Assembly: GCF_009914755.1 (NCBI RefSeq)
Contig: NC_060932.1
Length of the DNA stretch: 64,000 nucleotides
From: the human T2T-CHM13v2.0 reference genome, Homo sapiens
Direction: 5' to 3' (one strand)
How positions within the stretch are numbered: the first letter of the stretch is position 1; each line of letters opens with the position of its first letter. The notes below the pieces were generated by a model. It saw only the letters and a program-made list of their open reading frames with translations, ran no database searches and had not been told where the DNA came from. The position numbers and the translations under genes were made by a program. Of this stretch, positions 30,418 through 45,377 are shown piece after piece.

Positions 30418-32049
30418 GTCAATCTTGATTATATTACAAACACATTCCCTATTATTGTCAGTGATTCTTTTTCTCATAATATGCATTTCTTTGTGGTTGT
30501 TTTTCATTCTGTAGAAAAAGAATAACCTTAGGCAAGTGTTTTACCTTTGTGGGTCTCAGTTTCATTATCTGAGAAGTGCAGAGAGAGTGCATGAAGCAAT
30601 CCCTTCCACTTCTAGAAGAAAAACATGTATCCCACTTTCATAAGGTCAACGATGTTTAAGTTCCTGTTAAACATGCAGATATTTGAATAATCCTTAGAAC
30701 TGATATTAAATTAATTTCCTATTTCCAAAGTTAAAGGAAGACTTTAGTTGACATAACAAGCAGAACAATCCAATACAATGCTCAGTACTCCCTAATAAAT
30801 ATTTAACAGTGCTCATTTCCTTATAAAGAATAATCTGGAAGTACAGGTACCCCTGGTTATAGAAAATTTTACAATTTAAACTAAAAAATTAAGTGACTAT
30901 TATTATTTAAACTGAATTTTTGCTATCTCAGCTGAACCCTTGTACTGAGTGATAGTAATCACATTTGTATTAGCCTAGCCCTACAAGTTGCCACAGCCAG
31001 GGTTCTCCGCATCTCTGCATATGATTTCAGCCCTCTGTATCCATCATCAGAGCCTTTTCCTTTGCTTACTAAAAATGTATAAAAGGTAATCTTTCCATAT
31101 ATGTCTACAGCTATCATGGATGACCTTCTATAACTCCAGAGATTTTGCCTAGAATTTAGATTAGGGATATAGATTTAGTTCGGCTCCTGGAAGCTGTGGG
31201 TTGGTTGCCAAATCACAAAAGAAAGGCATGCCTACTAAAAAAGCCATTGTTTAAGAACATGGGGAGTGGGTAGACAGTTTCTGCTCCCAAAATCATGGAA
31301 TTAGTGGACATTTGATTATCCTTGGATATATGCTTTATCACATAAATGTACAGTTCACGAGAACACAGATAAACACAGTCACCTTAAAAATTCAAATAAA
31401 TTCCCATTATAAACATTGAAGATAATTTGATTGCAATGGTGAATAAATCTAAAGAAATCATGTGTTGGTCAGAAGTGCAGATCAAACAAAAAAGGACAAA
31501 GGAAGGTCACCGAGGCAGATATCGGCAAAGCTCATCTAAGCACTCTCTCAAGAAAAGTAAATATTGATTCTTAGACTTTTAGTATAGTTCCATAGCAAGT
31601 CCCTCCTGATGTTCTATTAGAGGAGGTAAGAAGATATGATCTCCATTGAAGTTTATCTCCTCCTCTACTCAAACTACCATAACTACAAGATATCCTCCCT
31701 AACTTCCATTTGGCCTGAAGCATCCAGTTGCCTCAGAAGGATTATGGCAATGAGAATGCAAAGAAAAATTTTCTAGGCAATACTCAATTTTAAATGTCAA
31801 AGCATACTTTTGAAACACAAGACAAAGACTTTGATTTCCTCAGAGAACAGAGCTGGCCCTGTGCTAAACAATACCCATAGAAGAATAAATATCACCTGGG
31901 TATTTTTTTAAATACATTTAGACTAGATGAATAATCCATGGGCTATGGTTGGAGTATATGAGAGAAGAAGCAATACACCAGTGTGTATACTAGGAAAGTG
32001 TTTGCTCTCCATTCCCAGACCCAGTTTGGGAGGGCCACAGAAGTCTATT

Positions 32050-32470
32050 TGTTAAGGTAATACTTGCTGCAGCAACCAAATTTGGAGACACAATGCAATA
32101 GTATTTTATTTCTTATGAAATAGTCCAAGGAGGTGGGTCTGATTGGTGGGCAGCTTTTTTCTATGTGGTGACTCAGGTACTCAGGCTTCTTCTATTTTGG
32201 GGCTCTTCAGTTCCCTAGAGCTTTGGAATCCAGTAGCTAAAAGGGAAAACAGAAATTGAAAAATTCTTATCTGCTTCTTATAAATCCTGGCATAGAAATG
32301 AGATACATCATTTCCATTAATATTCAATTGGCAAGAATTAGTCACATACCCTCAACTAGATGTAAGGGGAACTTGGAAACTCAGCCCCCAGTTATATAGC
32401 CTCATCCCACCAATAATTCCAAACTGTGGCAAGAAAAACATGATACTTTGGTGGGCAGCTGGCATCTCTA
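32050..32470 (-). mobile_element. Old MaLR (MLT1-type) LTR remnant
   Basis: attcaattggcaagaattagtcacat...tgtaaggggaacttggaaac motif typical of MLT1. Confidence 0.5.
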
Positions 32471-33349
32471 CCACTAATGACCATGTAGGTTTGGGCCCTC
32501 AGACAAAGTCAACATGTACCCCACTTTCCATCTGTGGCTCTGGAAGGTGATATTTGGGGATATTCCCCATTCTAAATGAGGTAGTTGCAGTCAAAAAGAA
32601 ATGGCAATCTGGCTTATCTAGGGAGAGCGTTCAAAGACATCCCCTGCCCGCCACCCTCCTCCGAAGTTTCCTGTGCCTTCAGAGTGACATGCAGAGCCTG
32701 CAAAAATTTTCCTGTGTACCTACCGACCCTCCTCCAGAAAGGCACAAATGTAGTGGAAAGAATGAGACAAGGTCCTGGATAAAAGATGAAAAGAAGCCAG
32801 GGAATGCTGCCAGTAGCCATTCAAAGGGAACAAGTGGGAATGGGGCCATTTCAGCAGATGACAGCAATGTAGAAAATGATGAGCAAGGACCAGATAAGTC
32901 AACTTCCTTAGGTTTAGAAATAAGCAAAAGGAAAAAGAAAAGGAGAATAATTTTGGATCATTCTGAGTCTACCTTCAATTGAGTATGTTTACTCTGAATT
33001 GTCAGAAATGGATTCTGCTACCAGGCATAATGAGACTCAAGCTAGAAATTAAGGACAATTAAATAAAGTTACTTTTTTGAGGAACATATTCAAGATTATA
33101 GCCTGAGATTTAGTCACTACTACATGTATAATCTATTTTCTTAGTGTGGTTGCATACTCTCCAAGAAATTTTTAGTTTTTAATATTCTTACCAAGCTTCA
33201 TTGTCTACTCTGAATATATACAGTAGTCGGGATATACATAGTGTAATATTTATCATGTAAAGTTTCATGTAACACAAGTTATCATATTTATATGTTTGCA
33301 TATGTATAGTTATATTTCTCTGTGTAAAATAGTTAACTAAATAACCACA

Positions 33350-33619
33350 TTTTAAAAGATGTTTAAGTCAATTACTACCATATGTCCGGCGGTGTTCTAG
33401 ATTCTGAAGATACAGCAATGAGTTACACAGACAAAAGCCTCTGCCGTCAAGGAATTTACCCTCTATTAAATGAGGAGAATTTGCATTCTAATAAATAAGA
33501 AAGTTGACAAAGTAAGTAAAATATAAAGTTACATCATATGGTGATAAGGGCTATAGAAAAAATAAAAAGCAGAGAAGGTAAGGGGTAATGGGGTCAGGGT
33601 AGGGAGACATTGAATTTTA
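33350..33619 (-). mobile_element. L2 remnant, interrupted by the L1M element and resuming at ~39030-39260
   Basis: tactaccatatgtccggc..tgttctag..gaagatacagcaatgag...gataagggctatagaaaaaataaa is L2-like, as is the sequence after 39030. Confidence 0.55.
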
Positions 33620-34334
33620 TTTATTTTTTATCTATGTAATTTTTATTTTATTATAAATTGACAAATTATAATTGTGTATATTTACGAGGTACAAAGTGAT
33701 GTTATGATATATGAATATAAATGTGGATGATTAAATCAAACTAATTGATATATATTCATCACCTCAAATACTTTTTTTGTGGTGAGAACATTCGAAATTT
33801 ACTCTCTTAGCAATTTTTAAATATACAATACATTATTATTAACTATAGTCACCATGCTGTGCAATAGATCTGAAAAAACTCATTCTTACCTGACTGAAAC
33901 TTTGTCCCCTTTGACCCCATCTTCGGAACCCTAACCCCTGGCCTCTGGTAACCACCATTCTACTCTCTACTTTTGTGTTCAATTGTTTTGGATTTCACAT
34001 ACAAGTGAGATTGTGTGGTATTTGTCCTCCTGTGCCTGGCTTATTTCACTTAGCGTAATGGCCTCCAGGTTAATCCATGTTGTCACAAATGACAAAATTT
34101 CCTCCCTCTTTTTTAAAGTTGAATAATATTTTATTGTGTATGCATATCATATTTTTTAAACCATGCATCTGTTGATAGACACAGGCTTATTCCATATTGA
34201 TTATTGAGAATGCAGATATCTCTTCAACATACAGGTTTCAAATCCTTAGTTTTTAGAGGATCCTCTATACAGTTTTCCATAAATGGCTGTACTAATTTAC
34301 ATTCCACCAACAGTGCTCAAGAATTCCCTTGTCT

Positions 34335-35313
34335 TGATGGGATCTAATTAAACTAAAGAACTTCTGCACAGCAAAAGAAACTATCATCAGAGTGAACAGG
34401 CAAACTACAGAATGGGAGAAAATTTTTGCAATCTACCCACCTGACAAAGGTCTAATATCCAGAATTTACAAGGAAATTAAATTTACACGAAAAAATCCCA
34501 TCAAAAAGTGGACAAAGGATATGAATAGACACTTCTTAAAAGAAGGCATTTATGTGGCCAAGAAACATTTTTAAAAAGCTCAACATCACTGATCATCAGA
34601 GAAATGCAAATCAATACCATAATGAGATACCATCTCAAACCAGTCAGAATGGTGATTATTAAAAAGTCAGGAAATAATAGATGCTGGTGAGGCCGTGGAG
34701 AAATAGGAATGCTTTTACACTGTTGGCAGGAATGTAAATTATTTCAACCATTGTGGAATTGTGTATGGCAATTCCTCAAGGATCTAGAACCAGAAATACC
34801 ATTTGACCCAGCAATCCCATTACTGGGGATATACCCAAAGGAATATAAATCATTCTACTATAAAGACACATGCCCATGTATGTTTATTTCAGCACTATTT
34901 ACAATAGCAAATACATGGAACCAACCCAAATGCCCATCAGTGATATACTGGATAAAGAAAATGTGGTATATATACACCATGGAATACTATGCAGCCATTA
35001 AAAAGGATTAAGATCATGTCCTTTGCAGGCACATGGATGAAGCTGGAAGCCATCATCCTCAGCACACCAACACAGGAGCAGAAAACCAAATACTGCACGT
35101 TCTCACTCATAAGTGGGAGTTGAATAATGAGAACACATGGACACAGAGAGGGGAACAACACACACCAGGACCTGTTAGGGGATGGGGGGTGCGAGGAGGG
35201 AACTTAGAAGATGGGTCAATAGGTGCAGCAAACCACCATGGCACATGTATACCTATATAACAAACCCTGCACGTTCTGCACATGTATCCCATTTTTTTCA
35301 ATAAGAAATAAAA
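34335..35313 (+). mobile_element. 5'-truncated L1PA (L1PA8/8A-like) inserted antisense into the L1M
   Basis: ORF2 C-terminal peptides at 34392-35011 and 3'UTR. Perfect 16-bp TSD aagaattcccttgtct at 34319-34334 and 35314-35329. Confidence 0.9.
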
Positions 35314-36438
35314 AAGAATTCCCTTGTCTCCATGTCCTTACCAACACTTGTTATCTTTTGTCATTTTGATAACAGCCACTCTGACAAGTATAAGGTGATA
35401 GCTCATTGTGGTTATAATTTGCATTTCCCTAATTATTAGTGATGGTGAGCATTTTTTCATATATCTGTTGGCCATTTGTATGTCTTCTTTCTGAGAAATG
35501 TCTATTCAGGTTCTTTGCCCAAATTTTAATTGTTATTTGTTTTCTTGTTATTGAGTTGTTTAAGTGCCTTATATATTTTGGACATTAATCATTCATCAGA
35601 TATATGGCTTGCAAATATTTTCTACCATTCCTAGATTATCTCTTTATGCTATTAATTTTTTCCTTTGCTGTGCAGAAGCTTTTTTGTTTGATGTAATCAC
35701 ATTTGTTTATTTTTTTCTCATTGTTGACTGAGCTTTTGGGGTCAAATCCCAAAAAAATCATTGCCCAGACCTATGTCATGTAACATTTTCTCTATGATTT
35801 TTTCTAGTAGTTTTACAGTTTCAGGTCTTACACTTATGTTTTTAATCAATTTTGAGTTAATTTTTGCATATTGTGTAAGATAAGTGTCTAATTTCACTCT
35901 TCTACAGGTTGATATCCAATTTTCCCAGCACCTTTTATTGAAGAGACTCTCCTTTTTCCATCTTGTGTTCTTGGCACTTTTGTCAAAAATCAATTGATTG
36001 TAAATGTGTTGGTTCATTTCTGGACTCTCTATTCTGTTCCATTATTCAATGTGTCTATGTGTATGCCCATATTATGCTGTTTTAATTATTATAGCTTTGT
36101 AATATAGTTTGAAATCAAGTAGAGTGGTGCCTTCACCTTTGTATTTTTTTGTTCAAGATTGGCTTGTCTATTCAGGAGTGTGTGTGTTTGTGTATATGTG
36201 TGTGTGTGTGTGTGATTCCATCTGAAATTTAAGATTCTTTTTTCTACTTCTGAGAAAAATGACATTGATATTTTGATAGGGATTGCATTGAACCTGTAGA
36301 TTGCTTTGGGTGGTATGGAGATTTTAACAATGTTAATTATTCTAACTCATAAACATGGAATATCTTTCCATTTCTTGTGTCTTCTTTCATTTCTTTCATC
36401 AATGTTTTAGAGTTTTCAGTGGACCAGTCTTTCACTTC

Positions 36439-36829
36439 TGATGTGGTTTGGCTTTGTGTCCCACCCAAATCTCAGGTCAAGTTGTAATCCCTAGAATTAG
36501 AGGAGGGGCCTGGTGGGAGGTGATTGGATTGGGGGGTAGTTTCTAGTGGTTTAGCACCATCCCCCAGTGCTGTTTGTTTAAAAGTGTGTGGCACCTCCCT
36601 CATCTCTCTTTTCCCCCTTCCACTGGTCATGTGAAGACTTGCTTTGCTTCCCCTTTGCCTTCTACCATGGTTGTAAGTTTCTTGAGGCCTCCCCAACTGT
36701 GCTCCCTGTGCCGCCTGCAGAACTGTGAGTCAATTAAACCTTTCCTCTTCATAAATTACCCAGTCTCAGTCTCAGGTAAACCTTTCTTCTTCATAAATTA
36801 CCCAGGCAGCATGAGAACAAACTAATACA
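36439..36829 (+). mobile_element. THE1/MST-family MaLR solo LTR
   Basis: TGATGTGGTTTGGCT...GAGAACAAACTAATACA. 5-bp flanks acttc/acctc (one mismatch). Local duplication of aaacctttc(c/t)tcttcataaattacccag near its 3' end. Confidence 0.88.
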
Positions 36830-39800
36830 ACCTCATTGGTTAAACTTATTCTAAGTATTTTTTCGGTAGCTATTGTAAGTGGAATGGTTTTCTTGATTTC
36901 TGTTTCAAATAGTTTGTTGTTGTATATAAAAACACTACTAATTCTTGTCTGTTAGTTTTGTGTCCTGCAAATTTACTGTATTCATTTATTCTAGCAGTTT
37001 TATGGTGGAATCTTTAGGATTATCTACATGTAAAATCATGTCATCAGAAAACAGAGACAATTTCACTTCTTTCTTTTCTATTTGGATGTGTTTTATTTCT
37101 TTCTCTTGCCTGATTGTTCTGGCAAGGACTTCCACTACTGTGTTGAATAGAAGTGGCAAGAGTGGACATCCTTGTCATCAATGTTAAGTATAATGTTAGT
37201 TATGGGATGTCATATGTAGCTTTAAATGTGTTGAGGTACATTCCTTCTATATATAATTTGTTGAGAGTTTTTATTATGAAAAAATATTGAATTTTTTCAA
37301 ATGGTTTTTCTGTATCTAAATGAGATAATCATATCATTCTTGTCCTTCATTTTGTTAATGTGATGTATCACAGTTATTGATTTGTATATGATGAGCGATC
37401 CTTGCCTCCCCAGTATAAATCCTGCTTGATCATAGTGAATGATCCTTTTAATGTAATATTGAATTAAATTTACTAATATTTTGTTGAGTATTTTTGCATC
37501 TACATTCAACAGGGATATTGGCATGTAATTTTCTTTTCTTTTCATGTCCTTGTCTGGCTTTGATATCAAGGGAATGTGGCCTCATATAATGAGTTCGGAA
37601 GTATTCTTTCCTCGTTTATGTTTTGAAATAATTTGAGAAGGATTGATACTAGTTCTGAAATATTTGGTAGAATTATTCAGTTAAGCTATTAAGTCCTATG
37701 CTTTTCTTTGACGGAAGACTTTTTATTACATATTCAATCTCCCTGCTCATTGTTGGACTATTCAAATTTTCTATTTCTTTATACTTTAGTCTCCATAGGT
37801 TATTTCTAAAAAGCTTTCCACTTCTTCTAGGTTATCCAATTTGTTGATGTATAGTTGTTCATAGTGATCTTTTATGAACCTTTGTATTTCTGTGGTATCA
37901 ATCTTCAGGGTCACAGGGTATATTCCCTGGCTGAGCATTACTGCTATTTGCATTTTTCAGTTGGGCAAGGCTGCAGGCTGTACTTGCAGAGGTTAAGCAC
38001 TCTGAGGCTAGGCAGAGTCACTGCTCAAAATATGGGTCCAAATGCTGTGCTTTGGACAATGCATATTTGAAGCTTTCCTCCTTGCCTGAGTGGGGCTTTG
38101 AAATGGTCTCTGAGTCTGGGTCAGGCCACTGTTTGAACTCAGAGGTTGGGCAGGTCTAGCCCCTAAGCTCTGCAGAAATGCATGTAACAAGAATCTCCCT
38201 TCCTGGGTGGGGCCTTGGAATAGGGTTTGGAACTGGGCCAAGCTACTGCTGGGTCTAGGCAGGACTCATTCCTGTGCTCTACAGAAAGGAACTATAGAAG
38301 GTGTCTCCTAGCTTGGGTGGAGCTTTGGGGTGGGCTCTGAGTCTCGGCCAGGCTACTGATTAGACTCCCAGGCCAGGCACTAGCCCCTACGCTCAACAGA
38401 AATGTGTTGTGGCTGGTGTCTCCTTGCCTGGGTGGGGATCTGGTGTAGGCTCCAAGGCTGGGTATGGAGGCTGGCTGCCTAGGGCTCTAGCCAGCTTGAA
38501 CGTCCTGCTATACTTCTGGGATCCACCAGCTTGGCTTTGTGGGTGAGCTCTGCTGTTGGCTGGGATGCCATCAACAGCAGAAACACAGGGCTATCATCAA
38601 GATCCTTGAGCCTCCTTTTGGTGTTTCTATCTGATCCCAGGTGGTCTAGTCCCATTGTTACACCTAGTGTTCCCTTTGAGGTGAGATGGGGGCGAGCTCC
38701 CTGAGAAGTGTCTCTGAATACTGAGAAGCTGGATGACTACCTCCAGAGCTCTTTACTCACTATGGAAACTGTCGATTCAGGGGATCTTCGCTATGTGTCG
38801 TGTTGTCTTGAAGGAGGGAAATGATGATGTAGTCAAAGTGAAATCATTCCTCTTATCTTATGATATAATTTTATTTAGTTCTATGGTTTACACTCAGTCT
38901 TAGTCCTAAGTTTTTGGGTTTTCACAAAGTTCTTTTCATCTGAGGATAATTGCTAGCTGAAATATCTGTGGCAGAAAGTGAAGCCTGGGACCTCAGATTC
39001 AGTCATCTTGCTGATGTGACTCCTCTGATGTTGCATTTTAAACAAGGATGTGAATAAAGCTTCACTGAGAAGTCCAAAAGGAGCTGAGGGAGCAAGATGT
39101 AAGGATAAATAAGGGAAAGTACCCTGGATAGAGTGAGCATGTCTGGTGTGTTTGAGGAAGAGCACGGGGTCAGGGTAGCTCAAGCAAGGTGCATGAGGTG
39201 GGTAGCAGGAGGTCAGTTCAGAAAGATCATGTGGAGTAGAGCAAATATTGTCAGCCTTTGAAGAGAACTGAAGAGAATGAATTGGCCTTCAAATTATCTT
39301 CATCAGGCTTATGAATTTATTTAATGTGAATGTGTCTCAGAAGGTAGTCCTCCTCAAGCTGTAGCCAAAATCAGTTTTCTGAGGCTGCACAGATGTTGCA
39401 GGTATTAGATTACAGTATATTTAGCATGGTGCCACCAGCCTGTGAAGACCCTGGAAGCCTTCTGGCTCTGTTGTCAAGGTGATCCATCACTGGCTATTCC
39501 CTCTCCTGCTGAATGGCCGTGCACACAGCATATGCCAATTGGGCCACTCCCTCAATGGCCAGCCCAGTCCCTCCTCTTCAACACATAGTATAGGAAAAAA
39601 GTACAACCCACATACACACACACAACAGATGCATCATCACTCCACAAAGGCAATTGGGTAGAGCAGTCTTTGTTACCTTTTGGTACACAACTCCCACCAT
39701 ACTCTCTTGTTACTTCTTTTACTCTTCAGTGTTTCCCTTGATATTCACCTTGAACTGATTTAAACTGAATTAAAGTCCTGGTGGAAGCAAATGTAAAGGA

Positions 39801-42039
39801 AGTACATGGGTAATTTGTGACTCTACCCAGTATCCTCGCTTGGCCTGAGCACCCTGCCAAGGGTCCCAGAAATGTAGCTTTGAAATTTGCATAGAGCGTA
39901 GAACATGGACCTGAAAACAAACAGACCGAGAATTAAATATTGATTTTCCCATATAGGAGAATCACAATTTCTGTACGCAGTATTTTATTTCTAAAATGGG
40001 TGAAAATATGCTTGCTAAAAAGATCCAAAGGCAGATTCTATTTTTCAAAATTCATTTTCCTGCTTTACAGTCTTCTAATGTAAAATGCAATTTGTTTATC
40101 TCATCGATATTAATGTGTTTTATATCTTTGATCAAATTGTGTATGTTGAGATGGGTTCTTAAATTTCTATTTACTTTCTAGATTAAATCTTACCACATAA
40201 AGGATTACCTCCTTTGTGAACAAATGTGTCAAAATCAACTTGGATATGCTTGATGGTTCTGACACCTTCAGCGTTCATAAGACAACATTTTTATGTCACC
40301 AGATGTAACCCAGATGGTACATATTAATTTATATATGGATATTGAAAAAAATATATGGTTTCCATCTGATGTCTTTTAAGTATGATTTTTAAATTGATGT
40401 GAATATCATTTTTTTTTCAACTTGCACTATAATACAGTCAAAATATGGCTCCCAGGTGAATGAACAATTATCTGTTTCATTTGGCATCATTCTGTATTTC
40501 TGAGCCATGACTTCTGAATGAATGTACATCTTTTCAGACCTGATTTCAACTGGCTGAAAAGCATTTTGATAGTGTCAAGTAACTCTCATTACATTGGAAG
40601 ACAGTGCTGATAAGATAAATTTAGAACATCTTTCATCTCATTTTCAATATTAACAACTGTTTTATAGTCTTGCCAGCAGACGTAAATGTGTGATAAAGTT
40701 TAGACATTTTAATGCTTTAGTCTCTCCTGTTTTGATAAATATTAGACATAAGGTGGTACTGAAATAACATCCCAAGATCTCTAGGTTTTCAGGAAAAAAT
40801 GGTTCATCATAAGCTCATTATAAAACTATATACAAAAGAAATTGTAGGGCCAATTCAATAAACAAATCTGAGACTTTGGTCTCCTGTTATCCTTTCCTTC
40901 ATTCCAGGAAGAGTCTGAAGTATACTGTTCAAAAGTAGCAAAATGTATGAACATTTTGTAATGGTCTTTGAGTATATCTTTCAAAAGAGATCTGATAAGG
41001 ATTACTAAAGAAAAAATACTTTCTTCACATTTCTCTTCCTCTGCTTCCATCTCTTCCTTTTTCTTTTCTATATTCTTCTGCTTTAGCCTATTGTTACTTA
41101 CTGGACATCAATACCAGCATTCTCTTTGTGTATTATGCTCATGTGTGGATAAATAGTCACACTTCAGTGGCCAGAAATTTTCTCACAAATTAGAATAGAA
41201 TTAATATGCTGAGATTCCCACTTACCCAAAATAATATATGAATATCATGAGCATCGTTCAAAACATATCTTTGAACATAGAGTAGAGGTCAGTTTAGCGG
41301 CACCATCCCCCACCAACCTTCTGTTGTGAAACTTAGATAATTAATTTACATTTGGCTTTCCTTATTGTTTTGCATACAAATTAGAATGCTTAAAGCCTCC
41401 AACAAACTTGGTCACTGAGTCAAAGAAAGAAAGGAAGATGAGAAAATAGAGAAATTGCTCAGCAGAGAATATACATTCCTTAAAAGAATTATGTGTTCAG
41501 CTATGTATTCAGTATGCACAAAGCTGCCCAAACAGACCAAAGTCATCCATTCCTATAATGTTTAACATTCTCTTTTATAGTTGCATAAAAGCATAAGGAC
41601 AACCTCTTACCCTTCCTTTCTCTGTTCTCTCTCCCCAGTGGGGGAAGAAGAGAAACAAACAAACAAACAAACAAAAAAGCCAAGCAAAAAATGGAACCCA
41701 CACCCAAGAACACAATCTCCCAGAATTCCCCATAATTCACTGTGGAAGCAGAAAAGCTGCTGTAAAGAACACATGTGTTGGGAGGAGAAAGCAATGCTGT
41801 GCTGCATGCAGAAGAGAGAAGTAGATGGTTTGTCCCAATCCAATGTTGCATGTTATCACATAGGAGAGGACACCACACTTCTGAGGTGCCACTGAATCCT
41901 TCCAGGTGAAAACGATTCCTCTTAGTTTAGCCTGCTGAGGCTTTCACCACAGAACTTGGGCACAGGTCCAGAGATCAATACCAGAGTGAAAACACAGTGC
42001 TCCTCCCAACCCAGTCCCTTTGGACTCAACCACCTGGGG

Positions 42040-42633
42040 ATAGACAGATACTAAGATAGTATCCAGTAATCCTTGCCTCTTGGCATTCGTGCCCATGTGT
42101 AATACCCTCTCCTTGAGTGAGGGCTGGACATGGTGACTTGCGTCTAACCAATAGAAAATGGCAAAGGTAATGGATGTCACTTCCATGATGAGGCTACAAA
42201 ATATTATGACTTCTGTTTTGCCTCCAGACTTTTGTTTCCTTGATTTTCATGCTCTGATAAAGCAAGTTGCCATGTGGAGACACCCACATAGCAAGAAACT
42301 GGGATGGCCTCTGGCCAATAGCCAGCAAGAAACCAAGACCCTCAGCTTACAGCCTGCAAAAAAGTGAGATCCTCAGCCTAACAGCCTGTAAGAAATTGAA
42401 TCCTGCCAATACCACTGAACTTGGAAAAAGATCTTTCCTCTGTTGAGCCTTCAGACTACACCACAGCTCTGGCTGATACTTTGATTGAAGCCTTTTGGGA
42501 AACTCTGAAGCAGTGGATCCAGAGAAGATCTGCCCAAATTTCCAACCTACAAAAACTGTGAGATAATAAAGGTGTATTGTTGTAAGCCACTAAATCTGTG
42601 ATAATTTGTTTCACAATAATAGAAAACTAATAT
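42040..42633 (+). mobile_element. MLT1 (MLT1E/F-like) MaLR solo LTR
   Basis: ccttgagtgagggctggac..gtgacttgc..aatagaaaatggcaaaggt...aaactgtgagataataaa...taagccactaaat...aaaactaata. Confidence 0.8.
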
Positions 42634-44330
42634 ACCTCCCAACAGAGTCCTTCCAAAATTCCTGTTCCGCTTGTGAATGAAGTCCCAGCCATCTGACTCA
42701 CCAGTTAGCATAGCCCATTTCAGGCTGAGCTGGTACCTTATAATACGTCCACTAGCTTCTTTCCAAGAGGCAAGACTACAGAAGACGTTTTGTATTATCT
42801 GGGGGTTTCATTTTTCTACGCTCTCCTTTCCTCAAGAAAAACTGAGAATTAACTGAAGAAATTTTCTTACATCTTTAATTTGTGCCAGGGGTGTAGCCAC
42901 AGATTTGAAAGCTTCAAGTCTCAGAACAAACAAATTGCATAAAGCCCAGATGCTGCACTTTTCAAAACTACTTTACTTTATGTTCATTTTCTTTCAGGAT
43001 AAGAATCACTTTATTTAAGTTGTGTCATGAAATTAGTAATTAAAAATATTTATAAGGATTAACTAATTACCTATTATTACTGAGGTTATGTTTACACTGG
43101 TAAAACGTGCCCTTCTGTTTTAACTGGACAACATACGTATAGGATGTAACTGACAAGTTTTTCCCTCTATATTGTTTAAAATGCATTTTTTTTTTTCAAA
43201 GTAAAACTTGATTTCCAGGGTCCAACAGAAACCTCTAGAGCTATTTCTGCTGACAGCAGCAGAAAAATCATCACTGACTTTATCACTTCGGAGATGACTA
43301 CTGCAGAAACAGTAACTGAATATAAGAGGGTAAGCTAGGCACCTGGGCTGAAGTACTTGCTGCTTAATGCAGATCTTCAGTCTCTGCACCTCCTTTAATG
43401 CACTGTATTCAGATAGTATGGTCTGGCAACAAAAAAAAAGAAACAGTTTAATGGAAGTAATGAAAACTGTTTTCTACATTATTTTCTTTCCTTATCCCAC
43501 AAATTAGAAAATATACCTGGCAGTTTTGTTGACAGTTCAATAATGCACTTCATTTTGCTACTATTCTCAATGAATTTTCTCAGTTTCTTGTCTAATAAAT
43601 CAATGCCAAAATAAAACTTGGAGGTAAACAGATTTTAATTGAGTCTTTGTGATATTATGTATCTTGGAATTTGGAAGTCATAGAATTATACATAATTTTA
43701 CTGGTTTATTTTGTTTAAATAGTTGGCATTGAGTATTATAACAGCTTTTTGATGGGAAGACAAATATCTAAGACACTCTCTTTGTAGGCTGTCTATGACA
43801 TTTGAGGAAGAGTTGGGGACATTCAGGGAGAGCTTCTGCCAGAGCTTTTAATTTCTCCCAAGTAGTCTTATATGTTATTTTCTTGATCAGAATTGTGGAT
43901 GCTGAGATTCAAAATTAATAAGGCATACTAACTTGACAGTTGGTAAACTAGTTCTTTTGATGATATTTGGTTTTCATTTGTCAAAAAAAGCTGCTCATCC
44001 AACCAATAGTCAGAGACCTTCATATACATTGTCATTTGTAATACCCATAACAATTGCTATCCAAAATGAGAGACACTCTAGCCCTTGCTTGATGCTCTTC
44101 TATCATGAAAAATGAAAGGGCATAAGAAGTGTTTGTCAAATTGGTATGAAATACAAAGGGTGTTTTCATAAGGCAAACCTAGTCTTGTTAAAAGTGCTGT
44201 ACTCTCTCCCACTAGCAAAAGTCTCTCTAAAAGTGTGTTCTCATAATTCAAGGTAACAACAACAAAAGAGTTTCTCTACCTGTCACTCTCCTTCCTTTTA
44301 GTTCACTAAAACACTGCACATCCTTACTCA

Positions 44331-44720
<390 letters not shown>

Positions 44721-44836
44721 TTATTTTGAGAAATTGATAAAAATTGTAAAAGTATGTGGGAAGGCACGTAAAAAGAATCTTTTCTGGAAGAAAAAAGTAG
44801 AATAGAAATGTATGTTATATGGTAGATTTTACTATT

Positions 44837-45377
44837 GTGGTAGATTGTATGCTCCAAAAATGGACACAGTGACATCCTTCATCCTACACATACTTATAAT
44901 GTAACTGTGCCATTCCTCCCATTGAGAGATGGGTCTATGTTCCCTTCCCTCATAACTGGATAAACTCCTGGCCGTGGCAGAAGTTACAGTGTATGGCCTC
45001 CAAGGCTAGTCATAAAAGAGTATATACCTTCAGCACAGCTTTGTAGAAGAGCTTGCTTTTGGACCACAGTCTCTTTTCCATGAGGAAGCTGTATCAGATG
45101 GAGTGGACTGTGTGGAGAGAAACCAATACTGTACACTCTATGGCCCCAGCTGAGTGTGGTCCAACCATCAGTCAGCAACTACCAGATATGAATGGTGAGT
45201 CTTCAGATAATTCCAGCCCTTGGCTGTCAAGTTATCCATAGTTTTCCTCTCACCACAGCTAATAATGCTGCATAAAACAAATTCAAGCTCTCCCTGATGG
45301 GTCTCACCTACATTAGAGATTTCTGAACAAAATTAATGATTGGGGTGATATGTTTCACAGTAAATAATTAACGGACA
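44837..45377 (+). mobile_element. MLT1-type MaLR solo LTR
   Basis: tgtggtagattg..aaaaatgg...cctcccattgagagatgggtctatgttcccttccc...gccccagctgag...taattaacggaca. Confidence 0.65.

Larger units (their letters stand above)
33620..39024 (-). mobile_element. Old L1MA/L1M element with 3' end, ORF2 remnant and 5' end; large internal deletion; hosts two younger insertions
   Basis: T-rich tail at ~33620 and L1MA-like 3'UTR. ORF2-like peptides at 35742-36017 and 37297-37569. 5' start GGAGTCACATCAGCAAGATGAC on - at 39002-39023. Confidence 0.75.

Noticed and set aside
32554-32982. 142-aa + strand ORF in unique sequence
   Set aside because: TTG start, no recognisable domain and no clear splice context; length is compatible with chance.
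37890-37915. 5'UTR-to-ORF2 junction of the old L1M as a spliced integrated element
   Set aside because: The ORF2 side does not appear to start after an AG acceptor; a simple deletion is as likely.
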